Of a stretch of 38,654 bases of DNA, positions 1-7,085 are shown one piece after another (position 1 is the stretch's first letter; every line of letters starts with the position of its first letter). Made by a program: the position numbers and the translations under genes. The stretch is taken from positions 1 to 38,654 of IMG/VR virus record IMGVR_UViG_3300024038_000010; one strand, 5' to 3'. Origin of the DNA: a virus. Taxonomy: Duplodnaviria; Caudoviricetes. Below the pieces are notes generated by a model. That model made no database searches. It was not told the DNA's origin and saw only the letters and a list, made by a program, of their open reading frames with translations.

Positions 1-94
1 CATGTTCATACGCGGTGGACCAGCCGCCGCCGCCAGCGAAAATGTCCACGATCAGCTTGGCGCTTAGCCCAAGAACGAGCTGTGGGTTCAGCAT
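1..94 (-). CDS. DNA (cytosine-5) methyltransferase, N-terminus only (runs off left edge)
   Basis: Not in ORF track. Hand translation from ATG at 94 gives MLNPQLVLGLSAKLIVDIFAGGGGWSTAYEH; DIFAGGGG matches C5-MTase motif I (D-x-F-x-G-x-G). The start overlaps the stop of the upstream gene (ATGCTGA). Confidence 0.8.
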   Translation of the reverse strand, partial: MLNPQLVLGLSAKLIVDIFAGGGGWSTAYEH

Positions 95-651
95 TCCGCA
101 CCCCCTTTGCCCTGCTGGGCGGCAATGACGGCGTCGATTGCGTCGTTCCAGCCTTCGGTGTAGCCCTCCTGATACGATTCGTTGCTGGGGTATTCGTCGC
201 CAGCACCTTCAAACGGAGGCATCTTGTCGGGCAGCGCGATCGGCCGCGCATCGCCAGCAGCGGGAGCGGGGCGGCGCCCGTCGGGGAGGTAGCGCAGTTC
301 CTGCTCATGGCCTTTCACGCCGCACACCACATGGCCCCAGCTCGACCACTGGCCGCCGGGCAGCCGATAGCGGGCCTGGTACGCGCCGTCGTCGTCCTGG
401 TGCGTGCGGTCGATGTCGCGCAGCACGTGCTGGATCAGGGCGTTGACTGCCATGGGGCTACCAAATTCGGTATAGCCCTGCGCATTCGTGCGGCCGCCGA
501 CGTGAGCGATACGCTCGCCCAGGGTCATGCCGTGAGTCGCGCTGCGCTCGTCCTGCTCCACCGTGGATACGGGGGATGCAACCAGTTCTATCGGCTCCAG
601 CGCCCCGGGCGCATCTTGGGAAAGGCCGTGCTTGATTTCGAATTCGGTCAT
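88..651 (-). CDS. Hypothetical phage early protein (187 aa)
   Basis: GAGGTG RBS upstream, co-oriented and tightly packed in the left operon; no family recognised. Confidence 0.75.
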   Translation of the reverse strand: MTEFEIKHGLSQDAPGALEPIELVASPVSTVEQDERSATHGMTLGERIAHVGGRTNAQGYTEFGSPMAVNALIQHVLRDIDRTHQDDDGAYQARYRLPGGQWSSWGHVVCGVKGHEQELRYLPDGRRPAPAAGDARPIALPDKMPPFEGAGDEYPSNESYQEGYTEGWNDAIDAVIAAQQGKGGAEC

Positions 652-655
652 GTCG

Positions 656-799
656 TCACCTCAGAAATTGGTTGAACGCCATGCTCGCGATGGCGCAGAG
701 AATCAGCAGCCCAGAGATAGCTCCGACAATCCCGTATCCCAGGAGTCGGTCCGACGATTCGTCGTCTAGGTCGGTGGGCATGTGCTTATCCGTATCCAT
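656..799 (-). CDS. Small single-TM membrane protein (47 aa)
   Basis: ATG at 799 preceded by AGGAGA; MDTDKHMPTDLDDESSDRLLGYGIVGAISGLLILCAIASMAFNQFLR has an acidic N-terminus and one hydrophobic helix. Confidence 0.65.
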   Translation of the reverse strand: MDTDKHMPTDLDDESSDRLLGYGIVGAISGLLILCAIASMAFNQFLR

Positions 800-878
800 T
801 TGGAATCTCCTGGGCAATAGAAGGGCTGCCCCGCCAGCTTTGCGGGGATACAGGTGGGTGATGCTGGGGGGCAGGCGG

Positions 879-1373
879 CTAGATATGCGCCCAGAGCTCG
901 CGATGGACGATGCGCCAGACGGTATCGCCGGAGACGCCGTACTTCCTTCCAAGGGCTGCTGCGCTTCGCCCAGGCGTGCGCTTGGCGTGCATAGCGCGAA
1001 TTTCGAGGACCTCAGCTTCAGTCAGTTTGCTGCGCGGATGATTCGACCCAACAGGCGCGGTGCCGTGACTGCGCTTATCGAATTCGTTCTCCGAGGCAGT
1101 CGATATGCGCAGGTTGGATGCCGCGTTGTCGGTTTTATTGCCGTTGATGTGGCATACGACCAGGCCATCCGGAATATCGCCAAGATGGGCCAGGGCAACA
1201 AGCCGGTGCACAAGGCGCCCGACACGCCGTCCGTCGTCCTGTGCCACCTTGACCTTCAGATAACCCTTGCGGTCTGGGAATGTTGAAACCAGCCGCTTTT
1301 CGCTGCGCACCAGGCCTGTGTTGCTGGCTGAGTACCGAGGGAACCCAGGTATAGGCTTCCATACAACGTCCAT
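879..1373 (-). CDS. HNH homing endonuclease (NUMOD4-like N-terminus, HNH, C-terminal HTH)
   Basis: WKPIPGFPRYSASNTGLVRS (NUMOD4-like), VHRLVA...VCHINGNKTDNAASNL (HNH), KLTEAEVLEIR (HTH-like). AGGAGG RBS before ATG 1373. Confidence 0.9.
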   Translation of the reverse strand: MDVVWKPIPGFPRYSASNTGLVRSEKRLVSTFPDRKGYLKVKVAQDDGRRVGRLVHRLVALAHLGDIPDGLVVCHINGNKTDNAASNLRISTASENEFDKRSHGTAPVGSNHPRSKLTEAEVLEIRAMHAKRTPGRSAAALGRKYGVSGDTVWRIVHRELWAHI

Positions 1374-1413
1374 GAAAATCCTCCTAGGCCCAGTGTGCAG
1401 GGCCATGGCATCG

Positions 1414-1428
1414 GCGGGCTACGCCCGC
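1414..1428 (-). promoter_or_regulatory. GC hairpin with GNA loop downstream of VR-like repeat 1 (putative DGR target-recognition hairpin)
   Basis: GCGGGC-GTA-GCCCGC on minus strand, 28 nt after the shared 99-bp core; no U-tract follows. Confidence 0.7.
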
Positions 1429-1434
1429 AAAGGG

Positions 1435-1848
1435 TTAAAGGGATGAAGCGATGATGCTGCGGACGGGACGAACCCGGAACTCGTCGTCGCGGAGCCAGAC
1501 GTCGACGCCGCCGTCCTCGAAATTCACCGCCCAGGCGCTGAGGGAGCCGTAGGGCTTGTTCGTCCAGTACCAGTCGTCCTTATCGAACAGGTCCGGCACG
1601 TTGATGTAGGCCAGCATCATGTCTTTCTGGTCAGGGGCGTGCCAATCGCCATGGCCGTTGACCTCACCGCGTCCGGCCACGGCCGAATCGAGGTCCTTGA
1701 ATTCGACGTCTACCAGGTCGAATTCAGAGCCGCCGGGAATGATGATGTGATGGGTCACGCCGTCGATGAGGCGCGACCCGATGAAGACGCCGCCCTGCTC
1801 GGGCCATTCCTGCCCGATGGAGGGGGTGCTGGTTGCGGTTGCGGTCAT
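1435..1848 (-). CDS. DUF1566/Lcl-type C-type-lectin-fold protein 1 (putative DGR target)
   Basis: QGGVFIG, GHGDWHAP, YWT...AWAVNFEDG...FRVRPVR motifs; AGGAGA RBS. Confidence 0.85.
   Translation of the reverse strand: MTATATSTPSIGQEWPEQGGVFIGSRLIDGVTHHIIIPGGSEFDLVDVEFKDLDSAVAGRGEVNGHGDWHAPDQKDMMLAYINVPDLFDKDDWYWTNKPYGSLSAWAVNFEDGGVDVWLRDDEFRVRPVRSIIASSL
1457..1555 (-). repeat. VR-like repeat copy 1 (99 bp)
   Basis: Aligns without gaps to 1904-2002 and 6567-6665; differences only at codon positions 1-2. Confidence 0.9.
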
Positions 1849-1859
1849 GCAAGTCTCCT

Positions 1860-1874
1860 GCGGGCTGCGCCCGC
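1860..1874 (-). promoter_or_regulatory. GC hairpin with GNA loop downstream of VR-like repeat 2
   Basis: GCGGGC-GCA-GCCCGC on minus strand, 29 nt after the core. Confidence 0.7.
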
Positions 1875-1890
1875 TTAAGGGGTAAATGGA

Positions 1891-2463
1891 TCAATAGGTG
1901 AATCTGCGGACGGGACGAACCCGGAACTCGTTGAGGCGGGTCCAGTTGGAGACGCCGCCGCCCTCGAAACGCACCGCCCAGGCGTAGAAGGAGCCGTAGG
2001 GCGTCGAGGTCCAATAGACCTCCTTCTTGAACAGGTGGAGCAGATTTGCCGCGATGATCTGCAGTTCCCGCTTGGAAGGCAGATAAAAGTCGGCGTGGCC
2101 GTCTGCGCTATAGGCCTTGGCGGCACGCGCTGCCGGGTGGCTGCCGGACCGGCCGAGCAGGGTATTGGTGTTCACCAGGCCATCCCAGCTACTTGCTTGA
2201 ATCTCGCCTTCGTCCGGGCTCCACAAATACTTGCCCTGCAGGTCATCCTCGGCCACGACCAGTCCGTAGACAGTGCCGTCGTCGCCTAGGATGTCGCCAG
2301 CGTAGATACCGCCTTGGCCGGGCAGCGAAGCGCCGATCAACGCGGGGCGGGACAGTCGGGAGGGTGTGGAACTCAGGCGCTCGAGGAGCGCGTCAAGCGC
2401 GATGCGTGCAGGAACCTCCAGGCGCGAACCGCCGCCCAGATCCAACTGGATCGTGTCGTTCAT
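1891..2463 (-). CDS. DUF1566/Lcl-type C-type-lectin-fold protein 2 (putative DGR target)
   Basis: QGGIYAG, DGHADFYLPSKREL, YWTSTPY...AWAVRFEGG...FRVRPVRRF. Confidence 0.9.
   Translation of the reverse strand: MNDTIQLDLGGGSRLEVPARIALDALLERLSSTPSRLSRPALIGASLPGQGGIYAGDILGDDGTVYGLVVAEDDLQGKYLWSPDEGEIQASSWDGLVNTNTLLGRSGSHPAARAAKAYSADGHADFYLPSKRELQIIAANLLHLFKKEVYWTSTPYGSFYAWAVRFEGGGVSNWTRLNEFRVRPVRRFTY
1904..2002 (-). repeat. VR-like repeat copy 2 (99 bp)
   Basis: See copy 1; identity with copy 3 extends a further 11 bp (to 2013 and 6676). Confidence 0.9.
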
Positions 2464-2511
2464 GGTTTTCCTTGGGAGTTTGCCGCGGATGCGGCGGTGG
2501 AACTTACCGTG

Positions 2512-2550
2512 GGGCGCAGGAAGCCTTTCGGCGTTCGAGTTCCTGCGCCC
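2512..2550. other. 11-bp inverted repeat immediately after the ssb stop codon
   Basis: GGGCGCAGGAA...TTCCTGCGCCC; no U-tract, so possibly an mRNA processing or stability hairpin. Confidence 0.5.
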
Positions 2551-3018
2551 TCAATCAAAAGGGATGTCGTCGTCCATGTCCGCGAGATTGGCGGCAGGGG
2601 TAGATTGCTGCTGGGCTGCCCGTTGTTGAGGGGCCGGGCGTTGCGCTGGAGCAGTGCGCTGCTGGCGCGGCGCGTCGTCGTGGCCACCGCTCTCTTCGCG
2701 GCCGCCCAGCATCTGCATCTGGTCAGCGACGATTTCGGTGCTGTAGCGGTCAGCACCGGTGTCCTTATCGGACCATTTCCGTGTCGTCATCCGGCCGGAA
2801 ACGAAGATCTGCTTGCCCTTGGTCAGGTACTCGCCGCAGATCTCACCCAACTTCCCGAAGGCAACGACGCGGACCCATTCCACGCCCTCCTTCTCCTTGG
2901 TTTTCCAGCCCACAGCCAAGGAAAAGTTGCAGACTGCTGCACCATCTGGCGAATACCGCACGTCGGGGTCTTTGCCAAGTCTGCCAATGAATTCGCAGCG
3001 GTTAAGGTCATTGCTCAT
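2551..3018 (-). CDS. ssb: Single-stranded DNA-binding protein
   Basis: LNRCEFIGRLGKDPDVRY OB-fold start, YSTEIVADQMQML, acidic tail DDDIPFD. Confidence 0.97.
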   Translation of the reverse strand: MSNDLNRCEFIGRLGKDPDVRYSPDGAAVCNFSLAVGWKTKEKEGVEWVRVVAFGKLGEICGEYLTKGKQIFVSGRMTTRKWSDKDTGADRYSTEIVADQMQMLGGREESGGHDDAPRQQRTAPAQRPAPQQRAAQQQSTPAANLADMDDDIPFD

Positions 3019-3470
3019 ACGTATTTCCAGTTCTTCCGTTTGATGATGGCGCTCATGGTCTGCTGAGGCACCCCGAAGGCTTCTGCCAAGTCCTTTTGCC
3101 GCACAGCTAGATCATTGAGCCGTCGTATAGCTCGCACTTCGCGCTCCGTCATGCGGGTGTGGCCTTGGCGCTCACCGCGTGGCGAGCGGCCTTTGCTGAC
3201 CATGTCCAGCGAGTTCTCTTTGGCGGTACCAGCAAAGAGGTGCCTGGGGTTGCAGCAGGGCGGGTTGTCGCACGAGTGGCAAATCAACAGACCTGGCGGA
3301 ATGTCCCCGCGGCTTAGGATGAATGCCACTCGGTGTGCGATCTTGGTAAGTCCGGGCGGAGAGCGGAACTCTCCATACCCCTTTGGGTGCCTTGCGCCCT
3401 TCCAAAGCCAACACTCATCCGGCCCCGCCCGGGCTACCTTCGACCAGAATCTTTCTGCCCAATCCGCCAT
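3015..3470 (-). CDS. HNH homing endonuclease (Zn-binding) with C-terminal HTH
   Basis: RFWSKV...ECWLWKG...AHRVA...ICHSCDNPPCCNPRHL; overlaps both neighbours. Confidence 0.9.
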   Translation of the reverse strand: MADWAERFWSKVARAGPDECWLWKGARHPKGYGEFRSPPGLTKIAHRVAFILSRGDIPPGLLICHSCDNPPCCNPRHLFAGTAKENSLDMVSKGRSPRGERQGHTRMTEREVRAIRRLNDLAVRQKDLAEAFGVPQQTMSAIIKRKNWKYV

Positions 3471-4105
3471 TACGCCGCCTCCTTCTTGAGCAGGTTTTCG
3501 TACTTGCTGACCATGCGTTCAAACGCCATCAGATCGCCCTCCAGTTCTTCGATGGCATCATCATCGCGCTCGATCCGGATGATCGTGAGATGCCGGCCGA
3601 TAGGTTCCAGGTCGGGCGCCCACAAAACGAGGTCTACCCATTTGCGCCCTAGCAACCACATTGCGCCGTTGCATTGGTCGGTGTACGCGCTGATATCGCC
3701 ATCGACTACGGCCGTGAACAGAGTGTCGGACGAAACCATCGTTTTGATTTCGATGATTCCGTCGTCGTCGACGAGGCCGTCCACGCTCACGCCAAACAGG
3801 CCGTCGCCCGTGGTAATGAATCCCGCCTCATCGACAAAGTTGCCCGTCTTCGCTTCGTAGGCAGCCCGCGCAAAAGGCTCCTGCTCCGTGCCGGTACGCA
3901 TAGCTGCGTTCGCGAAGACTTCCGGTGCCCGGCCGCCGACACGTTCGCGCGCAACATCCATCGCGTACTTGAGGCAGTCTTTCGACGGCCCCCCGGCTTT
4001 CAGCCTGGACCGTGCGTCCTTGAAACGGCTGCCGGTTATGACGCCGCGGCGGGAGTCCAGCCATTCCTGAGACCCTTGCGGGGCGGTGTGGATGATCGGG
4101 TCCAT
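3470..4105 (-). CDS. YqaJ/lambda-exonuclease family recombination nuclease
   Basis: QGSQEWLDSRRGVITGS, GTEQEPFARAAYE, SVDGLV...IIEIKT, QCNGAMW motifs. Confidence 0.93.
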   Translation of the reverse strand: MDPIIHTAPQGSQEWLDSRRGVITGSRFKDARSRLKAGGPSKDCLKYAMDVARERVGGRAPEVFANAAMRTGTEQEPFARAAYEAKTGNFVDEAGFITTGDGLFGVSVDGLVDDDGIIEIKTMVSSDTLFTAVVDGDISAYTDQCNGAMWLLGRKWVDLVLWAPDLEPIGRHLTIIRIERDDDAIEELEGDLMAFERMVSKYENLLKKEAA

Positions 4106-4884
4106 TACTTGGCCTCCTGCTTGAGCATGTTGCGTTTGTCGCCATAGGCCTGCTTGAAAGCTGCAAAGGCCGCGAGGTTATTGGTCTGTTCGATTGCTTT
4201 GCAGCCCGCCTGCCAGATGTCAGCAGCCGCTTCCAGAGTTTCGGCCTGCGCAAGCTTGCTGATCCATTCGTCCCGCAGCTCGAAAGCTGCGTCATCAGCG
4301 CCGGCGCCGTCGTTGTCGTCGCCCTTTTCGGAGATGCCGCAGACCGCCTTCAGCGTGTGGCGCTCAAGGTAAGTGGTCGTCGACGCGATCGCCTGGATCG
4401 TGTTCTTCTTCCCGCTTTCGTCTGGCGGCGCGCTCAAAGTGACGGACTTCTCGTGGCCCAAGCGGTGCACCAACGTGCAGGTGACGTGGATCCGGCCATC
4501 TTTCTGTTCGACGTCCCAGCCCCAGGCGAAGCCGTGCTTGGACAGGGCAGGGCCCACGGCCGTGACCACATCGGACAGCTCGGCGTGCTTGTAGCTGGTG
4601 GTGCCGCGGTCGGTCTTGAATTCGACCTGCTTGCGCTTGATGATCTCCACCGCCTCGGACTTGAAGGCGGCGAAGGCGTCGTTGAATGCCTTGCGCGCCT
4701 CGCCTGCTTCCCACTCGCGCTGGATCGCCATCATTTCCTTGATCTGATCCAGGGGGATGCCCTGTTGAACTGCGGCCATCATCATGCCCATGGGCGAATT
4801 GGCGGCGAGAACGGCCACTTGGCCGGCGGCCGGCTCGGGTTGCATGGCCACTGTGCGGGCCGGGGCGTCGATAACTTCGGTCAT
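4105..4884 (-). CDS. erf: ERF-family single-strand annealing protein
   Basis: YKHAELSDV...LSKHG...VTCTLVHRLGH...IQAIASTTTYLERHTLKAVCGI...DDNDG pattern, next to the exonuclease. Confidence 0.9.
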   Translation of the reverse strand: MTEVIDAPARTVAMQPEPAAGQVAVLAANSPMGMMMAAVQQGIPLDQIKEMMAIQREWEAGEARKAFNDAFAAFKSEAVEIIKRKQVEFKTDRGTTSYKHAELSDVVTAVGPALSKHGFAWGWDVEQKDGRIHVTCTLVHRLGHEKSVTLSAPPDESGKKNTIQAIASTTTYLERHTLKAVCGISEKGDDNDGAGADDAAFELRDEWISKLAQAETLEAAADIWQAGCKAIEQTNNLAAFAAFKQAYGDKRNMLKQEAK

Positions 4885-4891
4885 GTCGTCC

Positions 4892-5989
4892 TCAGTAAGT
4901 GATTCGGATGTTGGGGATCATGCCCTTGGCGATCAGCGTGATCGCTTGCTTGGCGCAGTCCTCGGTCATGCCGCCGGCGACGAACGCATCCAGGGCGGCG
5001 CGGTTGACCTTGCCCTTGTGGGCCTTGTCGGCTTCACGGCGGGCGGCTTCGGCTTCCTCTGCTGCCTTGGCGTCCGCCTGGCGCTTGATTTCGGCTTGGC
5101 GCGCGTCCTCGGCTGCCTGGATTCGGTCCCGCTCGGCCTGCTCAGCCGCCAGGCGCTCACGCTCCGCCGCGGCCGCGCGGTCGATCTCCGCCTGTCGTTC
5201 GGCGGCGATGCGGCGCTGATCGGCAAGTTCGGCTTCCAGGCGGGCCTTGTCCGCAGCTTCTCGGGCTTCGGCTTCACGGTGCGCGGCCGCGTCGCGCTCG
5301 GCCAGGGCTGCAGCCGCTGCCTCACGTCGGACCATTTCCTCTGCTTCGCGGGCGATGCGCTCTTCGCGGTCCTTCTGCGCGCGCTCTGCCTCGGCGGCGC
5401 GCAGGCGGGCCAGTTCGGCCTGTTCCGCGTCGTATTTCACGCGGGCGGCGAGGCGATCGCGCAGGTTGGTCAACGCTTTGTCTTTCGTTCGAGCGGCCTC
5501 CGGTTCGAACTCTTCCCACTCGGGACCGATGGCGATGGCCTCGACCGCTGAGATGGCGGCTCGAATCGATTCCGCCGGCCCGCCACAGTCGATCACCAAA
5601 GCGTCGATGCCCTCAATGGCGTCCTTGTGGCGCTGCACGCGGTCGTTCTCGGCCTGCTCCCAGGCAGTGAGCGGCGCCCGGACCTCTTCCTTCAGGGCAT
5701 CCAGTAGATCCCGCATGCGCTTGCGCTCCGCGTCGATCTTCTTGGGCACATCCTTCAGCTTGGCGACCAACTCCTTGCCTATATCGTCCAGCGCGACTTT
5801 GGCCTTTCCGACCTTATGGGCCCGGCTGGCGATCGCGTCGCGTCCCTTCTTGGTAGTCAGGTCCGGCGCTTGGCCGGTCACTTCGGCGCGGATCTTTTCA
5901 AGCCAGGGATCCAGACCGCCGGGCTTGGAGTAGACGTCCAGCGCGGTTTCCGCCGGCGGCAGCTCGGCAAGTTGGGTTGCTTCGGTCAT
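4892..5989 (-). CDS. Conserved coiled-coil phage early protein (often mis-annotated as TolA-like)
   Basis: PDLTTKKGRDAIASRAHKV N-terminal motif, long Ala/Glu/Arg coiled coil, C-terminal IAKGMIPNIRITY; typical position upstream of a recombinase. Confidence 0.8.
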   Translation of the reverse strand: MTEATQLAELPPAETALDVYSKPGGLDPWLEKIRAEVTGQAPDLTTKKGRDAIASRAHKVGKAKVALDDIGKELVAKLKDVPKKIDAERKRMRDLLDALKEEVRAPLTAWEQAENDRVQRHKDAIEGIDALVIDCGGPAESIRAAISAVEAIAIGPEWEEFEPEAARTKDKALTNLRDRLAARVKYDAEQAELARLRAAEAERAQKDREERIAREAEEMVRREAAAAALAERDAAAHREAEAREAADKARLEAELADQRRIAAERQAEIDRAAAAERERLAAEQAERDRIQAAEDARQAEIKRQADAKAAEEAEAARREADKAHKGKVNRAALDAFVAGGMTEDCAKQAITLIAKGMIPNIRITY

Positions 5990-5990
5990 G

Positions 5991-6182
5991 TCAGTCCTTC
6001 GCGGCGACTGCTGTCTTGCCGCAGCCTTCGCAGGCGGTGAGGGTGGATTGGGCTTGTTCGTCGCGCTGCTGGACTTCGCCGTAGCCGAATACTAGGGCGG
6101 TCAGCACGCCGGCGACGGTGAAAGCGGACAGGCGGGCGTCGCGGTCGCGCAGAAGGTGCAGGATGGAGTTAAGAAGGATCAA
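5991..6182 (-). CDS. Small membrane protein with C-terminal CxxC (~63 aa; start uncertain)
   Basis: TTG start overlapping the upstream TGA with a GGAG RBS; one hydrophobic segment; CEGC near the C-terminus. Confidence 0.55.
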   Translation of the reverse strand: MILLNSILHLLRDRDARLSAFTVAGVLTALVFGYGEVQQRDEQAQSTLTACEGCGKTAVAAKD

Positions 6183-6505
6183 TCGCCGCTCCATTGCGGC
6201 CAGTAGCCGCGGACATGTTGCATAGTTCGGTGGTGGGCGACGTGGGCAATAGCCAGCGTCATCTGGTCGCGGCACTCGCGGCCGAGAATCCCTGAGGCGG
6301 CGAGTTCGAGGATCTTTTCCTGCTGATCCGCGTTGCCAGCGATGAACGCCAGCATCTCCGCATCCGGATCCGGGAATTCCTGCTCAAACGCCTCTATGAC
6401 AGCCTGCCGGTGGGTGAACAGATCACCCTCAATTCCCTTGACCACCTCCCCATACTTCTCATCGTAGATTTCCCGGGGAGGGCTGAAGCTGAATCGACTG
6501 CCCAT
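6179..6505 (-). CDS. Hypothetical protein (108 aa)
   Basis: AGGAGG RBS, co-oriented in the operon. Confidence 0.7.
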   Translation of the reverse strand: MGSRFSFSPPREIYDEKYGEVVKGIEGDLFTHRQAVIEAFEQEFPDPDAEMLAFIAGNADQQEKILELAASGILGRECRDQMTLAIAHVAHHRTMQHVRGYWPQWSGD

Positions 6506-6521
6506 GTCGCCCTCCTGCAGC

Positions 6522-6538
6522 GCCAGCCTGCGGCTGGC
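6522..6538 (-). promoter_or_regulatory. GC hairpin with GNA loop downstream of VR-like repeat 3
   Basis: GCCAGCC-GCA-GGCTGGC on minus strand, 28 nt after the core; stem sequence differs from copies 1 and 2 but structure, loop type and position are kept. Confidence 0.7.
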
Positions 6539-6553
6539 AAAGGGTTGAATTGA

Positions 6554-7006
6554 TTAAGGGATAAATCTGCGGACGGGACGAACCCGGAACTCGTGGCCGC
6601 GGGTCCAGCGGAAGACGCTGCCGTCCTCGAAACCCACCGCCCAGGCGTTGCCGGAGCCGTAGGGCGTCGAGGTCCACACATCGCCAACGTCTTCGCTGAA
6701 CCCTTCGGCTGCCAACAGCAGCAGCGCTTCGCGATGGGAGGGCAGGTAGAAATCGGTGTGGCCGTCGGCGGAGTATTCGGACGCGGCCAGGGCGGCAGGA
6801 TGGCCACCGCGCTCGAGCAGCTTGCGGGTGTTCTCGGCACCGTCCAGGTCGGAATAGCCTTCCAGCTCATCGCCGTAGCCGCCAAATTCGAACTCGCCGT
6901 CCAGCAGCTCTGCCGCGGCGAACAGGTGACGCCCCTGCGCGGTCTTGCCGATGTAGATCCCGCCCTGGCCCTCGGCGTACTGGCCAACTATGAATGCATT
7001 GCTCAT
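6554..7006 (-). CDS. DUF1566/Lcl-type C-type-lectin-fold protein 3 (putative remote DGR target)
   Basis: QGGIYIG, DGHTDFYLPSHREA, WTSTPY...AWAVGFEDG...FRVRPVRRF. Confidence 0.9.
   Translation of the reverse strand: MSNAFIVGQYAEGQGGIYIGKTAQGRHLFAAAELLDGEFEFGGYGDELEGYSDLDGAENTRKLLERGGHPAALAASEYSADGHTDFYLPSHREALLLLAAEGFSEDVGDVWTSTPYGSGNAWAVGFEDGSVFRWTRGHEFRVRPVRRFIP
6567..6665 (-). repeat. VR-like repeat copy 3 (99 bp)
   Basis: See copy 1; about 4.6 kb from the other two copies. Confidence 0.9.
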
Positions 7007-7085
7007 GTGCGTTCCTTGAAATTGCCCCGGGGATCGGGTTGTTAGGTGTGTTCATTTGTCTGCGTCCTGTCACGGCGCAGGCTGA

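Noticed and set aside
800-878. Remnant of a reverse transcriptase C-terminus downstream of the HNH gene
   Set aside because: No RT motif is recognisable in any frame. Only a GC hairpin (CCCCGC...GCGGGG) is seen, so it cannot be supported without alignment to relatives.
4892-5989. TolA cell-envelope protein
   Set aside because: Resemblance is limited to the low-complexity Ala/Glu/Arg coiled coil; there is no N-terminal TM anchor and it lies in the phage recombination operon.
1457-6665. One of the three 99-bp copies being the DGR template repeat
   Set aside because: All three are in-frame 3' ends of genes with their own hairpin. None has A at all variable columns, and five columns have no A in any copy.
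1457-6665. Repeats explained as ordinary recent gene duplication or protein-level conservation
   Set aside because: The rest of the genes are highly diverged with synonymous changes, while the repeat has no third-position changes and only non-synonymous ones. That is the reverse of purifying selection.
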